From a virus (lineage: Duplodnaviria; Caudoviricetes), in the IMG/VR virus record IMGVR_UViG_3300008952_000062, positions 1 through 55,361 of that record: a stretch of 55,361 nt of DNA, one strand, 5' to 3'. A program made the position numbers and the translations under genes. The notes beneath the pieces are model-generated. The model ran no database searches, had not been told where the DNA came from, and saw only the letters and a list, made by a program, of their open reading frames with translations. Shown piece after piece: positions 8,107 to 18,941 of the stretch (positions are counted from its first letter, which is position 1; every line of letters starts with the position of its first letter).

Positions 8107-9096
8107 ATGGTTTTACGAAAAGTAGTTGTGATGACGGGCAGCACTGTTGTTCATGATTTCACCGAAGCTAATAACAGTACCACTCCGGGAAGAGGGTATG
8201 CTAGATTTAATATAAACTCTGGACCAGGTGCTTTTAGTGTAAGTGGTTCTTTCACAACAGGATATGTTCACTATGGCGCGTCTCACACACCAAACGAACT
8301 CACTCGTGGATTGGAGTCCAACGGTCTTTTTAGAATTCCGTCATATCACGGGGTAACTGATGCATCTGCATTAGTTTCTCTCGCCAATGCATCGTCTTTG
8401 GCAGCAGGGTTATATAACGGTGCCCTATTTTACATGGGTGCGGCAGGATATTCTGGTGGAAATGCTGGAGCACTCTATCACTTTTCAAGACCAAATTGTT
8501 TGTATTTTTGTAGAAACGGTGTTTGGCACCAAGGGTGGAGTGCCCCACAGGCCGTCGTCGCCACAGAGGATCCTTTTGCAAAACAAGAGATGATAAACTA
8601 TATCGAGAAGTTTGAAAACGCGGCAGGATGGGACAGCACTATTGCTATTGCTAATCTCTCTGCCTCCTCTAATTTCCCAGCTGGCGGAGACACTTTCGAA
8701 AGTCTATCCACTCCAGCAACAGATTTATCTTCTTTTTCAAACTGGGCTAGTGAGAGTGACACCACCAACGGACTAACAGAACCATTCACGCAAGGTGGGG
8801 GATTTTTCGGAACCGAAGCAGCAGCTTCCCCTACGGTCACTTTTGAACAGGGCAACGGTCTGACAGACGGACTCACAGAATCTTTTGAACAGGGAACTTC
8901 TTTTTACGGAACCGAAGCGGCCACTTCCCCAACAGTGGATTTCACACAAGGATCGGGATTGACCGATGGGCTAACAGAACCATTCGACTCCGGATTTTTC
9001 GGAACCGAGGCAGTTGCCTCACCGAATGTAAATTTCACCCAAGGTTCCGGGTTGACCGATGGACTAACGGAACCATTCGAAGATTGGGATGATTAG
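8107..9096 (+). CDS. Virion protein with YFCRNGVW module and C-terminal acidic repeats
   Basis: 329 aa, SD GAGGGA. YNGALFYM...LYFCRNGVWH; about 3.5 copies of GLTEPF..GFFGTEAAASPTV.F.QG. Confidence 0.75.
   Translation: MVLRKVVVMTGSTVVHDFTEANNSTTPGRGYARFNINSGPGAFSVSGSFTTGYVHYGASHTPNELTRGLESNGLFRIPSYHGVTDASALVSLANASSLAAGLYNGALFYMGAAGYSGGNAGALYHFSRPNCLYFCRNGVWHQGWSAPQAVVATEDPFAKQEMINYIEKFENAAGWDSTIAIANLSASSNFPAGGDTFESLSTPATDLSSFSNWASESDTTNGLTEPFTQGGGFFGTEAAASPTVTFEQGNGLTDGLTESFEQGTSFYGTEAATSPTVDFTQGSGLTDGLTEPFDSGFFGTEAVASPNVNFTQGSGLTDGLTEPFEDWDD
8765..9090 (+). repeat. Tandem coding repeat of ~31-33 aa units
   Basis: GLT(D)GLTEPF/ESF...FFGTEA(A/V)(A/T)SP repeated; ggactaacagaaccattc recurs. Confidence 0.85.
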
Positions 9097-9132
9097 TGAG
9101 TTTCTAAACCGATTCCACAGGAGGGATGAATA

Positions 9133-12100
9133 GTGTCTAAAGATGATTTTATTTTTGTGGGTTCCCCACACACACCTATTACTATTTCTGGTTCTGATCC
9201 TTACCACCCATCCACTATGTCTGGTAGTGCAAGATTGGCATGTTGGTACAAACTGGAACCAGGAATGTTCACAACAGGCAGCAGCAACACCTCAGCCGGA
9301 AGAAAGATCATAGAGAGAATATACGATTTTTCAGGGAATGATCAATCGAGAAATACGAGATACCTAAGTCGTCAAGATGACTTCTACCCAATTTTAGAAA
9401 GCAAGAAGGGCGCAAGCAGAGATACCTTGGTTATAAAGAATGATCCCTCAGACGAGGCACAGGGATCGATGATTATGAGAAACACTGCGATAAACGCAGA
9501 TGTCACTTCGGCTAACTGGGCTACTTGGATTAGTGGGTCTACCTCCGACGACGTGGCCAAGGATGCAACTTCTATTTTTGCTGCAATGCAATACATCACA
9601 GACGGCACATACGTCACCAGACCTTTCACCGTATCCTACGGTACAGACGATAGGGATGACGTTGCTCACGGCCTGGGACACACTTTTTCTCTTGGATTGT
9701 GGCACGACAACACTCCCGGAAACCGGGCAACCCCTGTGGATGGAAAACTTATTGACAGAGGAGTTCTGTATGGATTCGATAGGTTAAACTCCAACGCACA
9801 AACCAATACCTACGGAAGCTACAATCAGAGTTTATCTGGAGGATTTCATGCCTTATCTCTGACTTACACCGGAACAAACTCCTACATCTTGCAAACTTAT
9901 GCAAACGGGAGACTCCAACTAAGAGGAGATTTTTCAAATTCAGGAAATGACCGACCTGGCCATCACGGAACCAACAAGTCGGTGATGATTGGTGGCAATG
10001 GATACGGAGAGGGTGGTGGATATGCTGACGGCACTTCTACCACAAGTTCGGTCGGTGAGATGTTCGCATTCGACGATGCATTGTCTAATATTCGTAGGCA
10101 GCAGATGGAGAGATATTTGTGCGACAAATATGAGATCCCCATGTCTTCCTCGGAGTACCTCTCTTCTTTCAAGGGTGGCCCCTCTGGTCTGCCACTGGTT
10201 CATTCGATAAATGTGGCATCACCCCTGACCAGCTCTGCAAGCACTTATGCGAGAAAATATATACAGGAAGATGAGAGTCCTTATGGGAAAATCCATTACG
10301 AAACCGTAGCCGGTGCATTTTTGAAACCCGCAGCAAATACCGGCATTACACATGGATTAGACCACAAGTCGGGATCAGTCTCTCTCAGATCGTGGGTAAA
10401 ACTTCAATCAACAGGAGCCATACACGCTGGTAGTCAATTTGCCCTCGTTGCAAGAGCACCAGAGCCATATGGGCACAAGATGGATAACATAAAAGGTTAT
10501 GCTGCCAAGTTTGGTACATTTAAAGACGGGGTAGATACGGGGATTCTTAAGTTTAGATTGGGTGCGAGAAATGCGACACTGTGGTCCGACGGAGATCCTT
10601 CCGGATTTGGGGACACAGATACCACACCAACCTTTGCAGTCACAACTGGAAGTTGGTATCAAATGAGACTCGATGTTGAGAGAAGTGGTGCGATGGTCAA
10701 CGCAGATACGGGATACACTTATACAACTTATTCCACCAAAGCATTTGACTTCAACAGTTCCGATCACGATCAGTACGGAGAAATAGGATCACCAGACATA
10801 TGGAACAGACTCGTGGGAAATAGGCAACCACCAAATGTGACTGGTTCTATCTCAACACACTTTACTTATCCTAATAGATGCGACAAACTTGTTTTAAAAA
10901 ACGATACTAATTGGTGGGCAACAAATCTATGGGACACCCAATCCAGTGCAGGGAAAGCAACAGTTTCTTTTTGGATTTTCGGAGATGGACACTTTACCTT
11001 GGTACGAGATTGGCCACGTCTTTTTGCTTGGGGTGGCTGGGATGACGAACCAGAGATCAAGCTCTATACCACAGATGGCCTTGATAACACTCCAAACCTG
11101 ACATTACAACTATGTTATGGAGGATCAAATACGAAAAGGTATTTCAAATTTCAAGCAAATGAATGCAACTTATCTCCGTATGCATGGAACCACGTTGCCA
11201 TAACTTGGCAGTCGGGACCAACTGAGAACGACGCATATTCAAACCCGGCAAAGTTGTACCTCAACGGGGTAGAATATGATGCAGATGCCAACACACTCAC
11301 ATCAGGTGGAACCGACACATTTTCAAAACCAAATTATGGTTTTTACCTCGGATCACATAGAACATCCGACAGCAACTCAGGTAACAACGACAGTCTCGGA
11401 CCTGCCCTCATTAGAGATCTTGGTATTTGGAATGATAGACTAACTGCTGCCGAACTAGCTGCGATATACAACAAGGGCACTTGGAGAAACGCATTCGATG
11501 CAGTGGCAGCCAAGCAGAGTAACTGTTTGGGATACTACGAACTCACTGGGGCAGTAAACTGTGCCAGATCTTGGAGCACATCTTCCAAAATACAGGTTGG
11601 CACCCACTCTTATTGGAACACTAACCTTGCAACCAACAATGGTGATGTAACTTTTATGGGGTGGTTTAAGGGTACTCCTGAGTATGCTTCTGCCATCGGT
11701 GGAACAAATCCAACAACCTGGCAGCAGATTTTCGGAGCAGGTAGCAATCATAACGATAGACTAAAATTGTGGTTGAATGAAGGCAGTGGATACCTTCACT
11801 TTAATCTCACCTATGGTGGCAGCACATATTCCTGGAACACTGCCAACCATGTCATCAAGAACTCAGAAACCTACGACGCCAACGGGAGAGCAAGATGGCA
11901 CCACATTGCAGTCACAATGAGGAGATCTGCAACATGGGATAACGGTCACTCTGCTCCCGGCAACATTGATCCGATCATGTACATTGACGGACAAGCAGTA
12001 TCGTGGAGCAGCACACCAGGCAACAATACTGGAGGTCAGAGAGCTAGGAACGACTTTGCATCTGGCAGATACATGTCCCTCTTAGGAGGCACAACTGAGA

Positions 12101-14325
12101 CAAGTGTTTCGACAGTTAACGGTGCCATGGCTCATTGGGGAATCTGGAACTGCCGACTAACCGCAAATGAAGTCCTTGGAGCATTCAATGGAGGAACATT
12201 CAAGAACAATAGTTCTCTACAGAATTCCCACCTCAAAGGATATTGGTCATTCGAGACACCAGACTCTACATCTTCTTACACCAACTTCGATGGCAATGGT
12301 GACGTTCTTCAACTGCTACGACCTGATTTTTGGGGAAATCAAATTCTCGGTGGACAGAACAACAAAGGAAAAGTTTCCTTTTCAGGTTGGATATACTCTG
12401 ATTGGAGTTCCCTCACCAACTCTTCACCAAGAATATGGGAAGTAGGAAGTCACAGACTCTCGTTTTATTGGGAAGTGGCAGACTCAAGACTTATGTGGAT
12501 TGCCAAATATGGGGATCAACTCACAGCGCAGTGGGCATGGGACAGCTTCACTCCCACCGACAACACTTGGCAACACTATGCTGTTACTTTTGATTATGGG
12601 GCAACTTATGACGATCACGTCACACCCATACTGTATGTCAACGGTGTTTCTCAAGGAAACGGCACAAACACCGCAGCCCCTAACCCCACCACATCAATCC
12701 CTGACTTTTACCCGGCCCCCGGCATGTTGCTTGGTAACAATTGGAGTGAGAACAGGGATTTTAATGGAAGGTTTAAACACTTTGGTTGGTTCGGCAAGGT
12801 TCTGACACAGAGCGAAGTGACAGCACTATATAACAGTGGGACACCAATAGAACCAATTGTATTGCACCACAAAGACCCAGAACTGATTATGTCTTGGGCA
12901 GGAACAAAGCACATTTTACCATCCTGGCCCGATATGGCATGGGAGTCCACGGACAACCACTGGGGGTGCAAATACTGGGGCAATGCATATGTCAATGGAT
13001 TGCAGTATCCGGATAGCACCAGCAACAACAACGCCACATGCACTTACATATGGCATCACGATAGGTTCGTTCCTCAGAAAATTATGCCAACACCATTCTA
13101 TGTTGATCAAGCAACCGGCACTTCAGTTGGGAATATAAAAGCAGGTGCTTCTTCTGCACGAATGTTGGCTTTAAACTCCTACCACCACGCAGGTACGGGT
13201 GGATCTAAAAATGCCTTCACTGTTATGGGGTGGATGTACAACGACAACCATAGTGATCATCAGACCATCATAGAATGGTCAGCAGGGCCAAACGATGGAG
13301 TGGGAAGTTCAAATTACCACAACCACGGCATCTACCTTTGGGACTCAGGGGAGTTGACTTACTGCACCACAGAGGATGAAGGAGAGAGAGATGCCATGCA
13401 ATCCACCACAACACTCCCTACGGGACAGTGGAATCACTTTGCGGTAACTGTAATGCCCCATACTGACGATGCCGAATCAAACCCGGTCATTTTCTATATA
13501 AATGGTCAAAGGTCGGTTGATCACGCACATAATTTGAATTGGGGCACACATGATCCCGAAGAGTGGGAAGGCTTCGGGCAGGGTGTCAACAATGCTGACG
13601 ACATAAGCACAAGAGTCGGATTGGGATTTGGATACCCCTCCACAGGACCGAACAGGGAACTGAGAGGAAAGCTCTCGGACCTGGCACTCTATCGAGGAGT
13701 ACTCCCCCATCAACATATTTCTGCTGCATACAATGATGGAAACTTCACTCGATATGGTGGGGCAGTCTATAACGTCAACAACATAGTGACATCTAGTACT
13801 GAATCTTGGCAGCAGGTTGGGTACTGGAGAATGGGTGCGGGAGGATACGTCACGAATGGTGTCCCCAACGAAGCACCAGTACCTTCTCGAAGTACGGGAA
13901 GTATGAATTTTTATACACCATCATCACCGTTATCGTCAAGTTTTATAACTTCTTCCGCAACCCAAAATGCCAATGCGAATCTTGTTCTGACAGCATCTTG
14001 GCCATTTCATGCTAGGACTGACGGTAAGGACACCTTGAGGTTGTATGCAAGAGAAGACTCTGACGACAGTTGGGAACTCTTGACGACCAAAGAAGTCGTC
14101 CACCAAACTTCAAATGCTTACAGGTATTTGCTCGATGAAGACGCGTGGTCAACATCAAGAACCCCGATCACTCCAGCAGGAGGTTATCAGGGATATTGGG
14201 TTGCAGTGAGTTCCAGTACGGGAAACAGAGCAACCGCATCTTATCATGTTGATAATTTTGAAGCAATAGTTAGTAGTTCCACTGGTGGATACCAGACCAA
14301 ATTTAAATATATCACAGGAGATTAA
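9133..14325 (+). CDS. Large virion protein with four LamG/concanavalin-like domains (paralog 1 of 3)
   Basis: GTG start after GGAGGG. Four W(N/H/Q)H(V/I/Y/F)A(V/I)T...(L/M/F)Y(L/I/V)(N/D)G units, three of them followed by LT..E(L/V). Confidence 0.8.
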   Translation: MSKDDFIFVGSPHTPITISGSDPYHPSTMSGSARLACWYKLEPGMFTTGSSNTSAGRKIIERIYDFSGNDQSRNTRYLSRQDDFYPILESKKGASRDTLVIKNDPSDEAQGSMIMRNTAINADVTSANWATWISGSTSDDVAKDATSIFAAMQYITDGTYVTRPFTVSYGTDDRDDVAHGLGHTFSLGLWHDNTPGNRATPVDGKLIDRGVLYGFDRLNSNAQTNTYGSYNQSLSGGFHALSLTYTGTNSYILQTYANGRLQLRGDFSNSGNDRPGHHGTNKSVMIGGNGYGEGGGYADGTSTTSSVGEMFAFDDALSNIRRQQMERYLCDKYEIPMSSSEYLSSFKGGPSGLPLVHSINVASPLTSSASTYARKYIQEDESPYGKIHYETVAGAFLKPAANTGITHGLDHKSGSVSLRSWVKLQSTGAIHAGSQFALVARAPEPYGHKMDNIKGYAAKFGTFKDGVDTGILKFRLGARNATLWSDGDPSGFGDTDTTPTFAVTTGSWYQMRLDVERSGAMVNADTGYTYTTYSTKAFDFNSSDHDQYGEIGSPDIWNRLVGNRQPPNVTGSISTHFTYPNRCDKLVLKNDTNWWATNLWDTQSSAGKATVSFWIFGDGHFTLVRDWPRLFAWGGWDDEPEIKLYTTDGLDNTPNLTLQLCYGGSNTKRYFKFQANECNLSPYAWNHVAITWQSGPTENDAYSNPAKLYLNGVEYDADANTLTSGGTDTFSKPNYGFYLGSHRTSDSNSGNNDSLGPALIRDLGIWNDRLTAAELAAIYNKGTWRNAFDAVAAKQSNCLGYYELTGAVNCARSWSTSSKIQVGTHSYWNTNLATNNGDVTFMGWFKGTPEYASAIGGTNPTTWQQIFGAGSNHNDRLKLWLNEGSGYLHFNLTYGGSTYSWNTANHVIKNSETYDANGRARWHHIAVTMRRSATWDNGHSAPGNIDPIMYIDGQAVSWSSTPGNNTGGQRARNDFASGRYMSLLGGTTETSVSTVNGAMAHWGIWNCRLTANEVLGAFNGGTFKNNSSLQNSHLKGYWSFETPDSTSSYTNFDGNGDVLQLLRPDFWGNQILGGQNNKGKVSFSGWIYSDWSSLTNSSPRIWEVGSHRLSFYWEVADSRLMWIAKYGDQLTAQWAWDSFTPTDNTWQHYAVTFDYGATYDDHVTPILYVNGVSQGNGTNTAAPNPTTSIPDFYPAPGMLLGNNWSENRDFNGRFKHFGWFGKVLTQSEVTALYNSGTPIEPIVLHHKDPELIMSWAGTKHILPSWPDMAWESTDNHWGCKYWGNAYVNGLQYPDSTSNNNATCTYIWHHDRFVPQKIMPTPFYVDQATGTSVGNIKAGASSARMLALNSYHHAGTGGSKNAFTVMGWMYNDNHSDHQTIIEWSAGPNDGVGSSNYHNHGIYLWDSGELTYCTTEDEGERDAMQSTTTLPTGQWNHFAVTVMPHTDDAESNPVIFYINGQRSVDHAHNLNWGTHDPEEWEGFGQGVNNADDISTRVGLGFGYPSTGPNRELRGKLSDLALYRGVLPHQHISAAYNDGNFTRYGGAVYNVNNIVTSSTESWQQVGYWRMGAGGYVTNGVPNEAPVPSRSTGSMNFYTPSSPLSSSFITSSATQNANANLVLTASWPFHARTDGKDTLRLYAREDSDDSWELLTTKEVVHQTSNAYRYLLDEDAWSTSRTPITPAGGYQGYWVAVSSSTGNRATASYHVDNFEAIVSSSTGGYQTKFKYITGD

Positions 14326-14328
14326 GAC

Positions 14329-16266
14329 ATGGCCGAAAAAGATTATATATGGGTATCTACTCCTCACGATCCGTTATCTATATCGGGATCAGATCCTTAT
14401 GCCACTGGTGGAAATGCGAAACTTGCTGCCTGGTACAACTGCGATGAAGGAAATTATGTCACAGGATCGCATCATGCCAATGGTGTTGACTCCGCGCGAG
14501 GCAAATATTTGATTTGCCTAAAGGACATTTCGGGCAACTCAAGATCAGAACCTTATGCTGCACTAAAACCCCCATCGGGAACACACAGACACCTTCATTC
14601 TGCTAACGAGAATAGACCAATCTTATCTGGCAATGCAGATCCGGTACAATATTCTACCGGAGGAAACACTCACATAAGACACAGGGGAATCCGACAACAG
14701 TTTATGATGGGATCTTATCAACTTTCGAACGTCGAGGGCAATGGAGATGAGAGAAACTGCTTTATGATAAACAAGAGGTGGAACTCAACCATGGATGACA
14801 CAAATTCAATAACATGGATTTCCGGTTCTCATGGTAATCAAAATAGTGAAGACACCGATAAGTCACTAACTGGAGGGTATAGTTTATACACTTCTATGAA
14901 ACTACACTCCCCCAACGGGAATGTCAACTGGCCCCTAAACGGGATTACATATCCGTCTGCTCAAGACTCTCAGGGACAACGAAATGAAAAATCAAATTTT
15001 GGATTAAGAATAAGGGCAAACACGGACAACACAGAACGATACGTTGAGATGACGTGGGACAAAGGATCGGGTATAAACAATATTATATCACAGGATGTGG
15101 GCCTGAAAAATGACTGGCATGTTGCAAGTGGAATATATGATAACCAGACCGATCCAACAAAGTGGAAATGCACCCTATATCATAACGGTCAATTGCAGGA
15201 CGAAAAAACTGATGACGTTGACGCAGGTGATTTTCCGGTGCAGAGAATGAACTATAAGAGGATTTCCATCGGCGGTGGCCCCGGAGCATACGGTGGTGGA
15301 CAGATAGAGAACACCAACCAATATACGTCCACAAACGGTGTTCATGAGGTGTTCGTTTTTGACGATGCGTTGTCCACACAGAGGAACGGACAAATGAATG
15401 CTTATTTGTGCGATAGATTGAATTTGGATTTGTCCTCTTCGTTTGAATACTCTCAGTTTGCCGGTGACAAGCGAGGTGCAAAAGGAGCTGCATTCGAGCA
15501 CGCTTCTCTTACAAATCCAATCACTGGCAGTGTTGCAGCAAGACAATACCAGCAGTGGAAAACCACTGCACCCATGATTACTTTGCAACACGAAACAGCT
15601 GCTGGATGCTTTGCAGGTTACGGCCTTGACGGAGGGGTCTACTATAATCCAAAAAGCACAAAGGCAATTTCCCTAAGAATGTGGGTAAGGGCAACTAACC
15701 TGAACCATGCGAATCATGACGGAAGCCACGCTGCCCTCATAGCAAAAGCATCTTCTCCCTGGGGGCATAAGATGGATCATATTAAGGGATATGCCTTAAA
15801 ATTTGGAACATTCAACAATGGAGCAGATACAGGTGATGCCCCTTCTTTTAGGTTGTCCTTGAGAAACTCCGATAGATGGACTGATGGAGAGACAACTGGG
15901 GGGTTTTCTGATATTGCTGTAACCAACAACGCCGGGGGAACACCCGCAAACATCACAACACCAGCTATAGACACATGGTATTGCATGAGATTAGATATTG
16001 TTCCATACGGGAACATATACGATCAGATAAAGGCATACGTTTCCACGGGGACAACGTGGTATCAGCTGGGAAAGACACAGACTATAAGATCAGAGAGTAA
16101 GAATTATAGACACTGGTTTGACAACCCAATAGTCCCCACAGGACACAACGTCAACAACGGAATTTACAATGGATATTATGTAGCAATGAGTTCCAGTACT
16201 GGGACAACAATTACGACATCATATTATATAGACAGATTTGAACTTAGAACCGACTCGGTACAATAA
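14329..16266 (+). CDS. Virion protein (paralog 2 of 3)
   Basis: Shares the N-terminus (TPHDPLSISGSDPY..AKLAAWY) and the C-domain (HETAAG..KAISLRMWV..GHKMDHIKGYALKFG) with its neighbours. Confidence 0.8.
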   Translation: MAEKDYIWVSTPHDPLSISGSDPYATGGNAKLAAWYNCDEGNYVTGSHHANGVDSARGKYLICLKDISGNSRSEPYAALKPPSGTHRHLHSANENRPILSGNADPVQYSTGGNTHIRHRGIRQQFMMGSYQLSNVEGNGDERNCFMINKRWNSTMDDTNSITWISGSHGNQNSEDTDKSLTGGYSLYTSMKLHSPNGNVNWPLNGITYPSAQDSQGQRNEKSNFGLRIRANTDNTERYVEMTWDKGSGINNIISQDVGLKNDWHVASGIYDNQTDPTKWKCTLYHNGQLQDEKTDDVDAGDFPVQRMNYKRISIGGGPGAYGGGQIENTNQYTSTNGVHEVFVFDDALSTQRNGQMNAYLCDRLNLDLSSSFEYSQFAGDKRGAKGAAFEHASLTNPITGSVAARQYQQWKTTAPMITLQHETAAGCFAGYGLDGGVYYNPKSTKAISLRMWVRATNLNHANHDGSHAALIAKASSPWGHKMDHIKGYALKFGTFNNGADTGDAPSFRLSLRNSDRWTDGETTGGFSDIAVTNNAGGTPANITTPAIDTWYCMRLDIVPYGNIYDQIKAYVSTGTTWYQLGKTQTIRSESKNYRHWFDNPIVPTGHNVNNGIYNGYYVAMSSSTGTTITTSYYIDRFELRTDSVQ

Positions 16267-16287
16267 ACATTTTGGAGGATTTATAAA

Positions 16288-18426
16288 ATGGCAAAATCAG
16301 ACTTCTTTTTCGTGGGCACCCCGCACGATCCACGTTCAATTTCGGGATCAGATCCCTTCACCTCTCATGGTAGTGCGAGACTTGCGGTATGGTACAACTG
16401 CGACAAAGGCAACATCGATGCTCTACAGAGGAGCAATCTTGCCGCATCGAACAACGACAGGGCAAATAAGCTTAGGAGATGGAAGGATATTTCCGGAAAC
16501 TCGAATAGACCAACAGGCACCCAAAGACATCTTCATGTTTTCGACGAATTTAGACCTGTTCTAACCGGTGCTTATGTTCCTATTGGCACCCGTGGTGGTG
16601 ACATTACTAAAAACCAAATGCCAATCGGCGGTGACAACATGAGGTACTTAATGGGATCCCAAAACCAACAGGGCAGTTTTGCTTGGGGTATTGGAAATGT
16701 CCCGTGGCAAAGAGATGCAGATGATACCAACTTCAGTCACATGAATAGTCTTGATGCCCCCTCAAACGGATGGGTTACAGGTTCCACTTCAGCACCGTCA
16801 GCGGTTTCGACTTTACATAGAGCCGAAGGTCAACTTTCAGGCGGAATAACAAATTTTACACTAATGCGGCCTGGCACAGACTCAAGCGATTACGAATATA
16901 CCAATTTTTGTGGAATTTCGTATCCATTCATGTGGACCAAACAAACCGGTGATAACAATGCCGACGGAGTTGGATCTGGTGGAGCAGGATTTAGAATCAA
17001 CTCTGGCAGAAATGCGGGAAGTAATCTAACTAGATTCAATATGTTCTGGTCCAAAAACCAAAATGTTTCCGAGAACAACTGGACTTGGAACTATAACTAT
17101 TATGGCAACTACATCAGGAGAATCGATACCGAATACATATATAGCGTAAAGCAATTTCATCCTGTTTCTTGTAGATATGATGCGTTGCAACACCTGGGCA
17201 AAACCGCAACCGTCCTAAAGGACGACACTGATTGGCTTTGTCAACTCCATGTCAACGGATACTTGGCCAACCAAAAAAGTGGCAGTCTTCGCGGGGGCAA
17301 CACCGTTCACACCCCAATGAATCTGCCAGCAAAATACAGAGGTGTGAAAGTCGGTGGTGCTTATCACCAAGCAGATCAATATCAAGGCGGTGGATATCAG
17401 GAATATAGTAATGATTCTCATACGGCAAACATGGCAGGTTTCGGACCAGCGGTATCAGAGATTGCTTGCTATGATGATTGTCTTTCCGATGTCAGATATC
17501 AGCAAATTCAAAGATATTTCGCAGACAGAATTCAAACAACTATGTCCTCTTCTGCTGGTGATACCAATTATGAATATCTTTCTGAATTCGTGGGAGGACC
17601 AGAGGGGACATCCACTGCAAGAACATCTCTATCGGATCCTTTGAGTGCCCTACAGGGCGGTACATATCATCGAGAATACAAGCAGGCAAATATGCCAACT
17701 ACGAATTATCATGAAACTGCCGCTGGTGTATGGGCAAAATCAACTGTCTCACAATCTGCACCCAACACATCATATAATGCTGGTGCTTTTTATGAAATTC
17801 CAAGCACAAAAGCAATTTCTATGAGGGCATTTGTGAGATGCACCGGCACTAATCACGCAAAACATGATGGTAGTCAAATTGCTCTTGTAGCAAAAGCAAC
17901 ATCACAATTCGGTCACAAATTGGATCACATCAAGGGATATGCCGTAAAGTTTGGCAACTTTAAAGATGGTGCTAATGTCTCTGGTGCCCCAAAAATTAGA
18001 CTGAGTTTGCGAAACTCTGATCAGTATCTGGACGGATCCACCACAGACAGTTGTGGAGATATTGATTTGACTCAAGGAAATGTCGGTAGCAGTGGCACTC
18101 TTGCGGTCGATAAGTGGTATCAGATTAGGATGGATGTCATCCCATCAGGATACTCTTATGATATTATCAGGGTGTATGCTCGAAACGATGACGATGCCAC
18201 ATGGAGGCAAATGGGTGATGCATCAAGCAACACGGAATGGAAGGTATATAACAACGATCCAAACTATCGATATTGGGCAGATGACACCTCTCCAAAGAGA
18301 AGGGTCAGATCTCCAAACGGAATCTGTCAAGGTTATTGGGTCACTATGAAGTCTAACGATGGCAACAAGCTTGCCACCACAAAATACTTCATTGACGGGT
18401 TTGAAATTTTAACTGACACTATATAA
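16288..18426 (+). CDS. Virion protein (paralog 3 of 3)
   Basis: SD GGAGGA; GTPHDPRSISGSDPF..ARLAVWY; GHKLDHIKGYAVKFG; YFIDGFEI. Confidence 0.8.
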   Translation: MAKSDFFFVGTPHDPRSISGSDPFTSHGSARLAVWYNCDKGNIDALQRSNLAASNNDRANKLRRWKDISGNSNRPTGTQRHLHVFDEFRPVLTGAYVPIGTRGGDITKNQMPIGGDNMRYLMGSQNQQGSFAWGIGNVPWQRDADDTNFSHMNSLDAPSNGWVTGSTSAPSAVSTLHRAEGQLSGGITNFTLMRPGTDSSDYEYTNFCGISYPFMWTKQTGDNNADGVGSGGAGFRINSGRNAGSNLTRFNMFWSKNQNVSENNWTWNYNYYGNYIRRIDTEYIYSVKQFHPVSCRYDALQHLGKTATVLKDDTDWLCQLHVNGYLANQKSGSLRGGNTVHTPMNLPAKYRGVKVGGAYHQADQYQGGGYQEYSNDSHTANMAGFGPAVSEIACYDDCLSDVRYQQIQRYFADRIQTTMSSSAGDTNYEYLSEFVGGPEGTSTARTSLSDPLSALQGGTYHREYKQANMPTTNYHETAAGVWAKSTVSQSAPNTSYNAGAFYEIPSTKAISMRAFVRCTGTNHAKHDGSQIALVAKATSQFGHKLDHIKGYAVKFGNFKDGANVSGAPKIRLSLRNSDQYLDGSTTDSCGDIDLTQGNVGSSGTLAVDKWYQIRMDVIPSGYSYDIIRVYARNDDDATWRQMGDASSNTEWKVYNNDPNYRYWADDTSPKRRVRSPNGICQGYWVTMKSNDGNKLATTKYFIDGFEILTDTI

Positions 18427-18459
18427 GATAGTGTTTTATTTAGATTTAGGGGGGAAGAT

Positions 18460-18876
18460 ATGGCAACGAAAAGAGGAATACAAGTTGTTTCGGGAAGTAC
18501 TACGATTCACAAATTCCTGGATGATGGCACTGTTGTCTTAGGCAACAATATTTCCGGGTTTCAATTGGGAATTTCGGGAAGTGCCGTACTGGGGAGGACG
18601 ACCAACAATGTTTCCGATGTCACAAAGATAAATGGTGTGTTGAGAATACCAAGGTATAGTGCAACAGTTTCGACTGATGTCACTATTTTAAATACCTTGG
18701 CAGCATCACCATCAAGTTATAATGGATACATTATATATCTAAATTCAACTGGCATGGTAGCAGGCACAAATGTGGGGGGTGTGGTTATAACTGCCACGGC
18801 ACAATCGCACTTCCCGCAAGGACATAGATGGTACTTTTGCAGAAACGGAGTTTGGGATCCAGACAAGTTTTTATAA
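18460..18876 (+). CDS. Small virion protein made of the F.DDG N-module plus the YFCRNGVW C-module
   Basis: 138 aa; HKFLDDGTVVLGN ... YNGYIIYL ... WYFCRNGVWD. Confidence 0.75.
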   Translation: MATKRGIQVVSGSTTIHKFLDDGTVVLGNNISGFQLGISGSAVLGRTTNNVSDVTKINGVLRIPRYSATVSTDVTILNTLAASPSSYNGYIIYLNSTGMVAGTNVGGVVITATAQSHFPQGHRWYFCRNGVWDPDKFL

Positions 18877-18941
18877 ATTTTTAAAATGTAGTTTACTACA
18901 AAACAAATTAACATGTTCTTAATTGAACGGAGGGATAAAAT

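Noticed and set aside
18880-18925. Late-promoter motif before the long fibre gene
   Set aside because: Closest matches (TGTAGTTTA, CTTAATTG) do not fit the TAnTTA core.
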